NCBI GenBank assembly: GCA_963826115.1 | Contig: CAWGVS010000005.1 | Span: 1,184,001 to 1,248,000, forward strand | DNA: 64,000 bases | Direction: 5' to 3' | Source: an uncultured Candidatus Rokubacteria bacterium | Lineage (GTDB): Bacteria > Methylomirabilota > Methylomirabilia > Rokubacteriales > DASRDR01 | Shown: in pieces, positions 1-7,745 of the stretch | Position numbering within the stretch: the stretch's first letter is position 1 | Layout of the letters: every line of letters starts with the position of its first letter | Translations under genes and position numbers: made by a program | The notes under the pieces: model-generated | Told to the model about the DNA's origin: nothing | Database searches by the model: none | What the model saw: the letters and a program-made list of their open reading frames with translations, nothing else

Positions 1-397
1 GCAGGACGGCGAGCGAGAGGAGCAGCACCACCCGGTCGAGAGCCCGGACGCCTCGGAGCGCCGCGCGGGGATCGGCGCCCGCCTCGATCGCGCGAACCGC
101 GCGAGGCAGGAGGGCGAAGTCGCGGTGCGCCGCGAGGGAGAGCATCGCCAGGACCACGACCAGCTTCGCCGCCAGCCACGGGCTCGCGAACGACAGGTGC
201 CGGATGTTCTCGAGCCCCGTCAGCGCGAGGATGACGAAGGCTGCCCACGCCACCACGCGGCCCCGGACGAGAACGCCGAGCGCGTCGCGGCCGCCCCTCG
301 CGGCGGCCGGCAGGACGAGGTGGCTCGCGTAGAGAACCCCTCCGACCCAGGCCGTCGCGGCCACCACGTGGATCCAGACGACGACGAGACGAAGCAC
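1..397 (-). CDS. CopD/DUF4149-like integral membrane protein (3' end runs off the window)
   Basis: Manual translation from GTG at 397: MLRLVVVWIHVVAATAWVGGVLYASHLVLP...WLAAKLVVVLAMLSLAAHRDF. The H-x5-W-x-GG and KL motifs are typical of CopD-like proteins. Not in the ORF track because it has no stop in the window. Confidence 0.65.
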   Translation of the reverse strand, partial: MLRLVVVWIHVVAATAWVGGVLYASHLVLPAAARGGRDALGVLVRGRVVAWAAFVILALTGLENIRHLSFASPWLAAKLVVVLAMLSLAAHRDFALLPRAVRAIEAGADPRAALRGVRALDRVVLLLSLAVL

Positions 398-404
398 CTC
401 GGGC

Positions 405-1094
405 CTACCGGCCGAGCATCGCCGCCAGGGCCGACTCCTGATCCGCGAGGTCGGGGAACGCGTGGTCCGGTCGGTGTGCGACGAGGTCGTCCAGGCTGTG
501 CCAGCCGGTGGCCACCGCGATCGCCGTCGCCCCGAACGCCCGCGCGCACCCGATGTCGCGCGGCGTATCGCCGATGATCACCGTGTCCGGGCCGCGGAAG
601 ACGCGCCCCACGAGCCGCTCGGCCCGCTCCGCCGCCACGCGCGGGAGGCGCGTGCGGTCGGCGTGGTCGGAGCCGTATGCCCCGAGCCGAAAGTGCGGCC
701 ACAACCCGGTCGGGCGCAGCTTGATCCGGGCGCCCGCCTCGATGTTGCCGGTGAGGAGCCCGACGACCACGTCGTCGCGGGCAGCGAGCGTCTCGACCAG
801 GTCCCGGACGCCCGGGTACAGGCTGACGCCGCGCCCATCTCCGATCTCGGCCTCGAGCAGCCCCTCGTAGCGCCGGTAGACGTCCGCCTCGCCCGCCGCG
901 ATCGCGTCCTCCGCCAGCCCCGCCCGCCCGAGCAGGTCGCGGATGATCTGGGGATCGGTGCCGCCGCGGAAGTCGTAGCCGTCGATCGGGCCCGCCGTCC
1001 CGTACACGTCGCGCATGGCCTGGTCGAGCGCGCGGCGCCCCGCGCCGCTCGCGGTGAGGAGCGTGCCGTCGATGTCGAAGAGGACCAGCTTCAC
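405..1094 (-). CDS. HAD-family hydrolase (phosphoglycolate phosphatase-like)
   Basis: GTG start at 1094; motif I LFDIDGTL, motif II LLTGN, motif IV IGDTPRD. Confidence 0.9.
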   Translation of the reverse strand: MKLVLFDIDGTLLTASGAGRRALDQAMRDVYGTAGPIDGYDFRGGTDPQIIRDLLGRAGLAEDAIAAGEADVYRRYEGLLEAEIGDGRGVSLYPGVRDLVETLAARDDVVVGLLTGNIEAGARIKLRPTGLWPHFRLGAYGSDHADRTRLPRVAAERAERLVGRVFRGPDTVIIGDTPRDIGCARAFGATAIAVATGWHSLDDLVAHRPDHAFPDLADQESALAAMLGR

Positions 1095-1113
1095 GGGGCG
1101 CAAGCTCCGGGGC

Positions 1114-2284
1114 TCACGAGAAGGGGGACGCGGCCCGGAGTCGCTCGACGATCGGCGGGAGGTCGGCCAGCACCACGTCGACCTCGTCGGCGCTCGTCCA
1201 CCGGCCGAGCGTGAAGGCGAGCGCGCCCTGCGCCTCGCGGTCGGTGAAACCCATGGCCCGGAGCACGTGCGAGTGCTCGCCGGCGAGCGCCCCGCACGCC
1301 GTCCTCGACGCCGCGGAGATCCCGGCGAGGTCCAGCGCCAGGACCAGGCTCTCGCCCTTGACGCCCGGGACCACGAAGCCAGCGTGCTGCGGGAGCCGCT
1401 CGCGTCGCGGGCCGACCAGCCGCATCGCGGGACATCGCGCGCCGAGACCGTCCAGCAGCCGGTCGCGCAGGGTCTCGAGGCGCGCCGCCTCCGACGGACC
1501 CTCGCGAAACGCGAACTCCGCCGCCACGCCAAGGCCGATCGCGCCGGCCAGGTTCTCCGTGCCCGAGCGAAGCCCGCCCTCCTGCCCGCTGCCCAGGAGC
1601 TGCGGGGCGAGGCGGAGGCCCGAGCGCACCCACAGGGCCCCGACGCCGGGGGGGCCGTAGAGATCGTTCGCGCTGATCGTGAGGAGGTCGATCCCGTCGG
1701 CCTCCACCGCGATCGGGAGCCGACCCAGGAGGCCGACCGCGTCCAGGTGGAGCGGCACGCCGGCCTCGCGGGTCACGGCGGCGATGTGCCGCCAGGGCTG
1801 CACGGTCCCGGCTTCGCCGTTGGCGCCACCGATGGTGACGAGGCATGTGTCCGGCCGGAGGGCGTGGCGCACGTCGTCCGGCGAGATCCGCCCCTCGGAG
1901 TCGACCGGCACGGTCGTGACCTCGAATCCACGCTTCGCCAGGTCGACGACACGGCGCGAGGAGGGACGGATGCTCGACGGCGCTCGTCACGATGTGCCGG
2001 CCGGCTCCCCGATGGGCCCCGCCTTTGATGGCGAGGTTGTTCGCCTCGGTCGCGCCGCTGAGGAAGATGACGCCCTCGGGACGCCCCCCCACCAGCCGCC
2101 CGACCTTGGCACGAGCCGCGTGAAGTGACTCGCGCGCCTCCTCTCCCAGGCTGTGACGGGCGGCGGGATTCCCCACCCAGCCCTCCAGGAAAGGGCGCAT
2201 GACGCCCAGGACCCGGGGGTCGACCGGGGCGAAGTCCCAGTAGTCCAGGTAGGCCCGGCGGGCCGGCTGGACGCCCCGGCCCAG
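1114..2284 (-). pseudogene. iscS: IscS/NifS-family cysteine desulfurase homolog (Lys-to-Asp type), split by a +1 frameshift near 1945; start codon unclear
   Basis: N-part (YLDY..PVDPRV, GNP, SGATEANN, AVEHPS) is in the frame of ORF 1091..2341. C-part (HLDAV, SANDLYGPPG, RSGTEN, TAC..HSHVL) is in ORF 1114..1911. Removing one base at about 1945 restores PCRDLAKRGFEVTTVPVD. May be a sequencing error. Confidence 0.8.
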
Positions 2285-2285
2285 C

Positions 2286-2543
2286 CTATCGGGTCTTCCG
2301 GACCAGGAAGCGGTAGATGGCGCCGTTCTTGGCGACTTCAAGGAGCTCGTTCCTCGTCCGGCGAGTCCAGCTGCGCATGTCGGGGTCGCTGGCCGGGTCG
2401 TCCGACAGGCCCTCCAGGACCTCCCCGACGGCCATGCCCCGGAGTGCGTCCCGGGTCATGACGATGGGCATGGGCCAGAAGAGCCCCAGGCAGTCCAGCG
2501 TCCGATGGGCTGACAGGGGCTGGACGGAGCCGGGGGTGCTCAC
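2286..2543 (-). CDS. tusA: TusA/SirA-family sulfur carrier protein (CPxP motif reads WPMP)
   Basis: TLDCLGLFWPMPI...GEVLEGLSDDPASDPDMRSW...YRFLVRK is a TusA-fold signature; GTG at 2543. Confidence 0.8.
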   Translation of the reverse strand: MSTPGSVQPLSAHRTLDCLGLFWPMPIVMTRDALRGMAVGEVLEGLSDDPASDPDMRSWTRRTRNELLEVAKNGAIYRFLVRKTR

Positions 2544-2551
2544 GCGAGGCC

Positions 2552-2581
2552 ACGCTACTGTAGGGTTGCGCAGCGTGTCAA
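2552..2581 (-). promoter_or_regulatory. Putative sigma70 promoter of the tusA operon (leaderless)
   Basis: Minus strand TTGACA-N18-TAGCGT, 8 nt before the GTG start. Confidence 0.5.
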
Positions 2582-2716
2582 GATCGGTTCCAGGGCAATT
2601 CCGGAGCATAGAACTCTTCCACAAATACCTTGACTCATCCGGGGCATCAGTGGAACCATGTGGATCAATCCTGAATAGTCCACAATAAAGGCGAGATCAG
2701 AATCGAGAACCAGGCG

Positions 2717-3277
2717 ATGGAACCAGTTGACCGGAAAGGCCGAGGCGGCGGCGAGATCCTGACCATCCGCGAGGTGGCCGGGTACCTCAAGCTGCCCGTG
2801 TCCACCGTCTACCGCCTGGCCGAGCGGCGGGATCTGCCCGGCCACAAGGTGGGACGTCAGTGGCGCTTCCACAAGTCCGTCCTGGACGACTGGTTCCGCC
2901 AGCACGCCGCGACCAGCCGGTCCTCGGTCCTCGTGGTCGATGACGAGGAGGCCATCCGGGAGCTGATGGTGACCGCCCTCGCCTCCAAGACCCGGGACGT
3001 GCTCACGGCGGGGAGCGGCGACGAGGCCCTCGAGATCGTCAAGCGGACCGACATCGACCTCGTCCTCCTGGACCTCTCCATGCCGGGCATGAACGGCGTG
3101 GACACGTTCCGCGAGATCCACTCCCTCCGCCCGTCCCTGCCGGTCATGATCGTGACCGCCTATCCCGACTCTGACCTCATGGCCAAGGCGCTCGAGATCG
3201 GCCCGTTCACGATGATCTCGAAGCCGGTGGACCTCGCCCAGATCCAGAAGACGGTCGATCGCATCGTCGGCAGCTGA
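2717..3277 (+). CDS. Excisionase-type HTH (HTH_17) fused to a response-regulator receiver domain
   Basis: N-term ILTIREVAGYLKLPVSTVYRLA...GHKVGRQWRF; receiver motifs LVVDDE, LLDLSMPGMNG, IVTAY, ISKP. Confidence 0.9.
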   Translation: MEPVDRKGRGGGEILTIREVAGYLKLPVSTVYRLAERRDLPGHKVGRQWRFHKSVLDDWFRQHAATSRSSVLVVDDEEAIRELMVTALASKTRDVLTAGSGDEALEIVKRTDIDLVLLDLSMPGMNGVDTFREIHSLRPSLPVMIVTAYPDSDLMAKALEIGPFTMISKPVDLAQIQKTVDRIVGS

Positions 3278-3287
3278 CCTCGTCGGC

Positions 3288-3316
3288 TTGACCGCGCCGA
3301 CCCCCCCTGCTATCAC
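3288..3316 (+). promoter_or_regulatory. Putative sigma70 promoter upstream of citrate synthase
   Basis: TTGACC-N17-TATCAC with a TGn extended -10. Confidence 0.55.
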
Positions 3317-3398
3317 AGAAGCGCGGCGGCGCCCCTCTCTCGACCCCGCACTCCCGCCGGGCTGAAGACCGGTCGCGCTTCCCGAGAAAGGCGAAGGC

Positions 3399-4538
3399 AT
3401 GCCAGGAATCGAGGGCGGGCTGATTCGAGGGCTCGAGGGCGTCGTCGCGGCCACCACGCGGCTCTGCGACCTCGACGGCGTCAACGGGCGGCTCGCCTAC
3501 CAGGGGTACGGGATCGAGGACCTGGCGCGCCACGCCTCGTTCGAGGAGGTCGTGTGGCTCCTCTGGCACGGCGACCTTCCGACCGCGGCCGAGCTCGCCG
3601 CCTTCCGGAAGGAGCTGGTCGAGGCGGCTCCCCTCCCCCCCGAAGCGGTGAAGGTGCTGAAGCTCCTCCCGCGGACCATGCATCCGATGCGGGCGCTCCA
3701 GCTGGGCGTGGCCCTCCTGGGCGGGCTCGACCCCGACGCCGAGGACGACTCGCCCGAGGCGAACCGGCGGAAGGCGACGCGTCTCGTCGCCCGGGTCTCC
3801 TCTCTGACCACCGCCTTCCACCGCATCCGGAGCGGGCGCCGGCCCGTCGCCCCGCGGCCCGATCTCTCGCACGCCGCCAACTTCCTCTACACGCTGACGG
3901 GACGGAAGCCTCGGGTCGTGCCCGCGCGGGCCTTCGACGCGGCCCTCGTCCTCTACGCGGAGCACGAGCTGAACGCCTCGACGTTCACCGCCCGCGTGGT
4001 GGCGTCGACCCTCGCCGACATGCACTCGGCGGTCTCGGCGGCCGTCGGCGCACTCAAGGGGCCGCTCCACGGGGGCGCGGGCGAGGCGGTGATGCGGACC
4101 CTCGAGGAGATCGGCACGCCGGACGCCGCGGACGCGTTCACGCGCCAGGCCCTCGCGGACAAGCGCCGCCTGATGGGATTCGGGCATCGCGTCTATAAGG
4201 CCGGGGACCCGCGGGCCAAGATCCTCCGGACGCTCGCCGCCAAGGCGTGCCGCAACTCCTCCGAGGCCGTCTGGTACGAGGTCGCCCTCAAGCTCCACGA
4301 GGCGGTGAACCGCGAAAAGGGCCTCATCCCGAACGTCGACTTCTACTCGGCCCCGCTCTTCAAGGCGCTCGGCATCCCGGTGGACCTGTTCGTCCCCGTG
4401 ATCGCGGTGTCCCGCATCGCCGGCTGGACCGCCAACCTGCTCGAGCAGTACCGGGACAACCGCCTGATCCGGCCCCGCGCCGACTACGTCGGGCCGGCCC
4501 AGCGAGAGTTCCGGCCGCTCGCGGCGCGCGGCGCGTGA
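3399..4538 (+). CDS. prpC: Citrate / 2-methylcitrate synthase
   Basis: GLEGV, EHELNASTF, GPLHGGA, GFGHRVYK, NVDFYS. prpC rather than gltA is inferred only from the linkage to prpF. Confidence 0.85.
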   Translation: MPGIEGGLIRGLEGVVAATTRLCDLDGVNGRLAYQGYGIEDLARHASFEEVVWLLWHGDLPTAAELAAFRKELVEAAPLPPEAVKVLKLLPRTMHPMRALQLGVALLGGLDPDAEDDSPEANRRKATRLVARVSSLTTAFHRIRSGRRPVAPRPDLSHAANFLYTLTGRKPRVVPARAFDAALVLYAEHELNASTFTARVVASTLADMHSAVSAAVGALKGPLHGGAGEAVMRTLEEIGTPDAADAFTRQALADKRRLMGFGHRVYKAGDPRAKILRTLAAKACRNSSEAVWYEVALKLHEAVNREKGLIPNVDFYSAPLFKALGIPVDLFVPVIAVSRIAGWTANLLEQYRDNRLIRPRADYVGPAQREFRPLAARGA

Positions 4539-6472
4539 CGCCCCGGAGTCTCGTCCAGAAGGTCGTCGCGGGGCACCTGGTCGCGGGTGCGCCCGCGACC
4601 GGCGAGGAGATCGGGCTCCGGATGGACCAGGTCCTCCTGACCGACACGAACGGCACGATGGCCTGGCTCCAGTTCGAGGCCATGGGCTTCGACCGCGTCA
4701 AGGCGCCGACCGTCGTGACCTACGCGGACCACCAGGTCTACCAGTTCGACGCGCGGAACACGGAGGACCACCGCTACCTCCAGACGGTCTCCCGGCGCTT
4801 CGGCGGGTACTACTCGAAGCCCGGCAACGGCATCTGCCACCAGGTCCACCTGGAGACCTTCGGCGCGCCGGGAATGACACTCCTCGGCACCGACAGCCAC
4901 ACGCCGCTCTGCGGAGCGCTCGGCATGCTGGCGATCGGCGCCGGCGGCCTCGACGTTGCCTGCGCGATGGGCGGGAGCCCCTACTACTTCCCGCTCCCCC
5001 GTGTCGTCCAGGTCGTCCTGACCGGGCGCCTCCGCCCGTGGGTCGCGGCCAAGGACGTGATCCTGGAGCTCCTCCGGCGGCTCACGGTCCGCGGCGGATT
5101 CGGCAAGATCTTCGAGTACTCCGGGCCGGGAATCGCGGCCCTGACGGTGCCCCAGCGCGCGACGATCGCGAACATGGGTGCCGAGCTCGGCCTCACGACG
5201 TCGATCTTCCCCTCGGACGACGTCACCCGGGGCTACCTCGAGCGCCTCGGGCGCGAGGCGAGCTGGCGCCCGCTCGCCGCCGACCCCGGCGCCGCGTACG
5301 ACGACACCGTCGAGATCGACCTCGCGACGATCGAGCCTCTCGTCGCGCTTCCGGGGTCCCCGGACCACGTGGTCCCCGTGGGCGAGGTCGAGGGCACGGC
5401 GATCGAGCAAGTCCTCGTCGGGTCGTGCACGAACGGGTCCTGGGAGGACATGTCCGTCGTCGCCGAGGTCCTCCGCGGTCACCGCGTCCACCCCGACGTC
5501 TCGTTCGTCCTGTTCCCCGCCAGCCAGCAGGTGCTCGAGACCATGGCGCGCCAGGGCCTGATCGCCGACCTCATCGCGGCGGGCGCCGTGGTCTCCGAGT
5601 CGACGTGCGGCGCGTGCCCCGGCATCGGCCACGTCCCGGCGACGGGCTCGCGCAGCCTGCGCGCGTTCAACCGGAACTTCCCGGGCCGGAGCGGCGTGAA
5701 GGGGGACCAGGTGTACCTCTCCTCCACGCAGACGGCCTGCGTCTCGGCGCTCCACGGGAAGATCACGGACCCGCGGCGACTCGGGGATGCGCCGGCAGTG
5801 GTGTTCCCATCGCGCTTCGCCGTGTCGGGGGCCGGCATGGTCCGGCCGTCGCCCGACGGCCAGGACGCGCCGATCGTGAAGGGGCCGAACATCCGCGAGG
5901 TCCCCGTCGGGCGCCCGCCCGGGGACGAGATCGCGGGCCCGGTGCTCATCAAGCTCGGGGACAAGGTCTCGACGGACGACATCTCCCCCTCGGGCTCGCA
6001 GGTGCTGGTCTTCCGCTCGAACATGCCCGCGATCTCGGAGTTCACGTTCCGGAACACGGACCCCGAGTTCGTGGCCCGCGCCAAGGCGCAGGGCGGCGGC
6101 TTCATCGTCGCCGGCCAGACCTACGGCCAGGGGTCGTCCCGGGAGGCCGCCGCCATCGGGCCGATGTTCCTCGGCGTGCGCGGGGTGCTCGCCAAGAGCT
6201 TCGCTCGCATCCACCGCGCGAATCTCATCAACTGGGGCGTGCTCCCGCTGGAGCTCGTCGACCCGCAGGACTACGACGCTCTCGCTGCCGGGCACGAGCT
6301 GCGGCTCTCGGGCGTCCCCGATGGCCTTGCCGCCGGCGCGCTCGTCGTCGAGGACCGGACGGCCGGCCGGCGGATCCCTGTGCGCTGCGTCCTCACCGAC
6401 CGGGAGCGCGCGATCCTCCTCGCGGGCGGACGCCTGGCCCATACCCGCGCCCTGGCCGACTCGGCGGCATGA
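4535..6472 (+). CDS. Aconitate hydratase family (compact ~645 aa type, fused large and swivel domains)
   Basis: GTG overlaps the upstream TGA; GNGICHQVH, DSHT, GSCTNGS, CGACPG (three Fe-S Cys), FNRNFPGRSG, GSSRE. Confidence 0.9.
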   Translation: MTPRSLVQKVVAGHLVAGAPATGEEIGLRMDQVLLTDTNGTMAWLQFEAMGFDRVKAPTVVTYADHQVYQFDARNTEDHRYLQTVSRRFGGYYSKPGNGICHQVHLETFGAPGMTLLGTDSHTPLCGALGMLAIGAGGLDVACAMGGSPYYFPLPRVVQVVLTGRLRPWVAAKDVILELLRRLTVRGGFGKIFEYSGPGIAALTVPQRATIANMGAELGLTTSIFPSDDVTRGYLERLGREASWRPLAADPGAAYDDTVEIDLATIEPLVALPGSPDHVVPVGEVEGTAIEQVLVGSCTNGSWEDMSVVAEVLRGHRVHPDVSFVLFPASQQVLETMARQGLIADLIAAGAVVSESTCGACPGIGHVPATGSRSLRAFNRNFPGRSGVKGDQVYLSSTQTACVSALHGKITDPRRLGDAPAVVFPSRFAVSGAGMVRPSPDGQDAPIVKGPNIREVPVGRPPGDEIAGPVLIKLGDKVSTDDISPSGSQVLVFRSNMPAISEFTFRNTDPEFVARAKAQGGGFIVAGQTYGQGSSREAAAIGPMFLGVRGVLAKSFARIHRANLINWGVLPLELVDPQDYDALAAGHELRLSGVPDGLAAGALVVEDRTAGRRIPVRCVLTDRERAILLAGGRLAHTRALADSAA

Positions 6473-7614
6473 CGCAGCGGCGCGTCCGGGCCGTCTTCGT
6501 CCGCGGGGGCACGAGCCGGGCGCTGCTCTTCCACCGCCGGGACCTCCCTGCGGACCGGGCGGCGTGGGATCCGATCTTCCTGGCCGCCCTCGGGAGCCCC
6601 GACCCCAACGGCCGGCAGCTCGACGGCCTGGGCGGCGGGATCTCCTCGCTCTCCAAGGTGGCCGTCGTGGGGCCGCCGGGCCGTCCTGACGCCGACGTGG
6701 ACTACACGTTCGGCCAGGTCGAGGTCACGAGGGCCTCGGTGGACTACCGCGGGAACTGCGGGAACATCTCGTCCGCCATCGGCCCGTTTGCGATCGACGA
6801 GGCGCTCGTCCCCGCCCGCGAGCCTGACACGGTGGTGCGGATCCACAACACCAACACCGGGAAGCTGATCCACGCGCACGTCCCCGTCGACGGGGGACAG
6901 GCCGCCGTGACCGGCGACTTCGCGCTGGACGGCGTGCCAGGCACCGGCGCCCGGATCGCGCTCGACTTCCTGGACCCCGGGGGCGCGGTCACCGGCCGGC
7001 TCCTGCCCACGGGCCACGCCCAGGACACGCTCCAGGTACCCGGGGTCGGGAGCGTCGCCGCATCCCTGGTCGACGCCACCAACCCCATGGTGTTCGTGCG
7101 CGCCAAGGACCTCGGCCTGGACGGCACCGAGCGCCCGAACGACCTCGACGCGCGGCCCGGACTCCCGGCCCGGCTCGAGGCAATCCGCGGCGCCGCGGCG
7201 GTCAGCATGGGCCTCGCGCGGACTCCGGAGGAAGCGGCCCGGAGCAGCGCCGCCGTCCCGAAGATCGCGATCGTGGCCCCGCCCGCCGCGTACCTCACGC
7301 TCGCCGGCGCCGGGGTCGAGCCCGACGCCGTGGACCTGGTCGCGCGCATCGTGTCCATGGGCAAGGTGCACCGGGCGTTCGCGCTGACCGGAGCGATGTG
7401 CCTCGCGGTGGCCGCCCGAATCCCGGGCACCCTCGCCCACGAGGCCGCCGCCTTCACCGGCGCCGCGGGGGACGTCCGGATCGGGCACCCGTCGGGCATC
7501 CTGGCGGTCGCCGCCGCCATCCGGCCCGGGCCCGCCGGTCGCCCGGTCGCCCAGACCGTCACCGTCTACCGGACGGCGCGACGCCTGATGGAGGGTTCCG
7601 TTCTGGTTCCCTGA
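6469..7614 (+). CDS. prpF: PrpF-family (2-methyl)aconitate cis-trans isomerase
   Basis: ATGA overlap with the aconitase gene; RGGTS, QLDGLGGGISSLSKV, GNCGN, HPSG, RTARRLMEG. Confidence 0.9.
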   Translation: MTQRRVRAVFVRGGTSRALLFHRRDLPADRAAWDPIFLAALGSPDPNGRQLDGLGGGISSLSKVAVVGPPGRPDADVDYTFGQVEVTRASVDYRGNCGNISSAIGPFAIDEALVPAREPDTVVRIHNTNTGKLIHAHVPVDGGQAAVTGDFALDGVPGTGARIALDFLDPGGAVTGRLLPTGHAQDTLQVPGVGSVAASLVDATNPMVFVRAKDLGLDGTERPNDLDARPGLPARLEAIRGAAAVSMGLARTPEEAARSSAAVPKIAIVAPPAAYLTLAGAGVEPDAVDLVARIVSMGKVHRAFALTGAMCLAVAARIPGTLAHEAAAFTGAAGDVRIGHPSGILAVAAAIRPGPAGRPVAQTVTVYRTARRLMEGSVLVP

Positions 7615-7644
7615 CCGACGGCGGCCCGAAGGGGCCCTCGCCGC

Positions 7645-7673
7645 TTGACCCTGCGCGGGACTGCGCCTAGACT
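7645..7673 (+). promoter_or_regulatory. Putative sigma70 promoter of the Opp ABC operon
   Basis: TTGACC-N17-TAGACT; RBS GGAGGA at 7735-7740. Confidence 0.6.
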
Positions 7674-7745
7674 GCGACGCGAGTTCAGACACACTCCTCG
7701 CAGGCTCGGCCGAGACGCCAGCAACGCTTCGAACGGAGGACCTAC

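Noticed and set aside
2717-2900. Excisionase-like HTH as a sign of a prophage or integrative element
   Set aside because: It is fused to a receiver domain, and there is no integrase, att site, tRNA or phage gene nearby.
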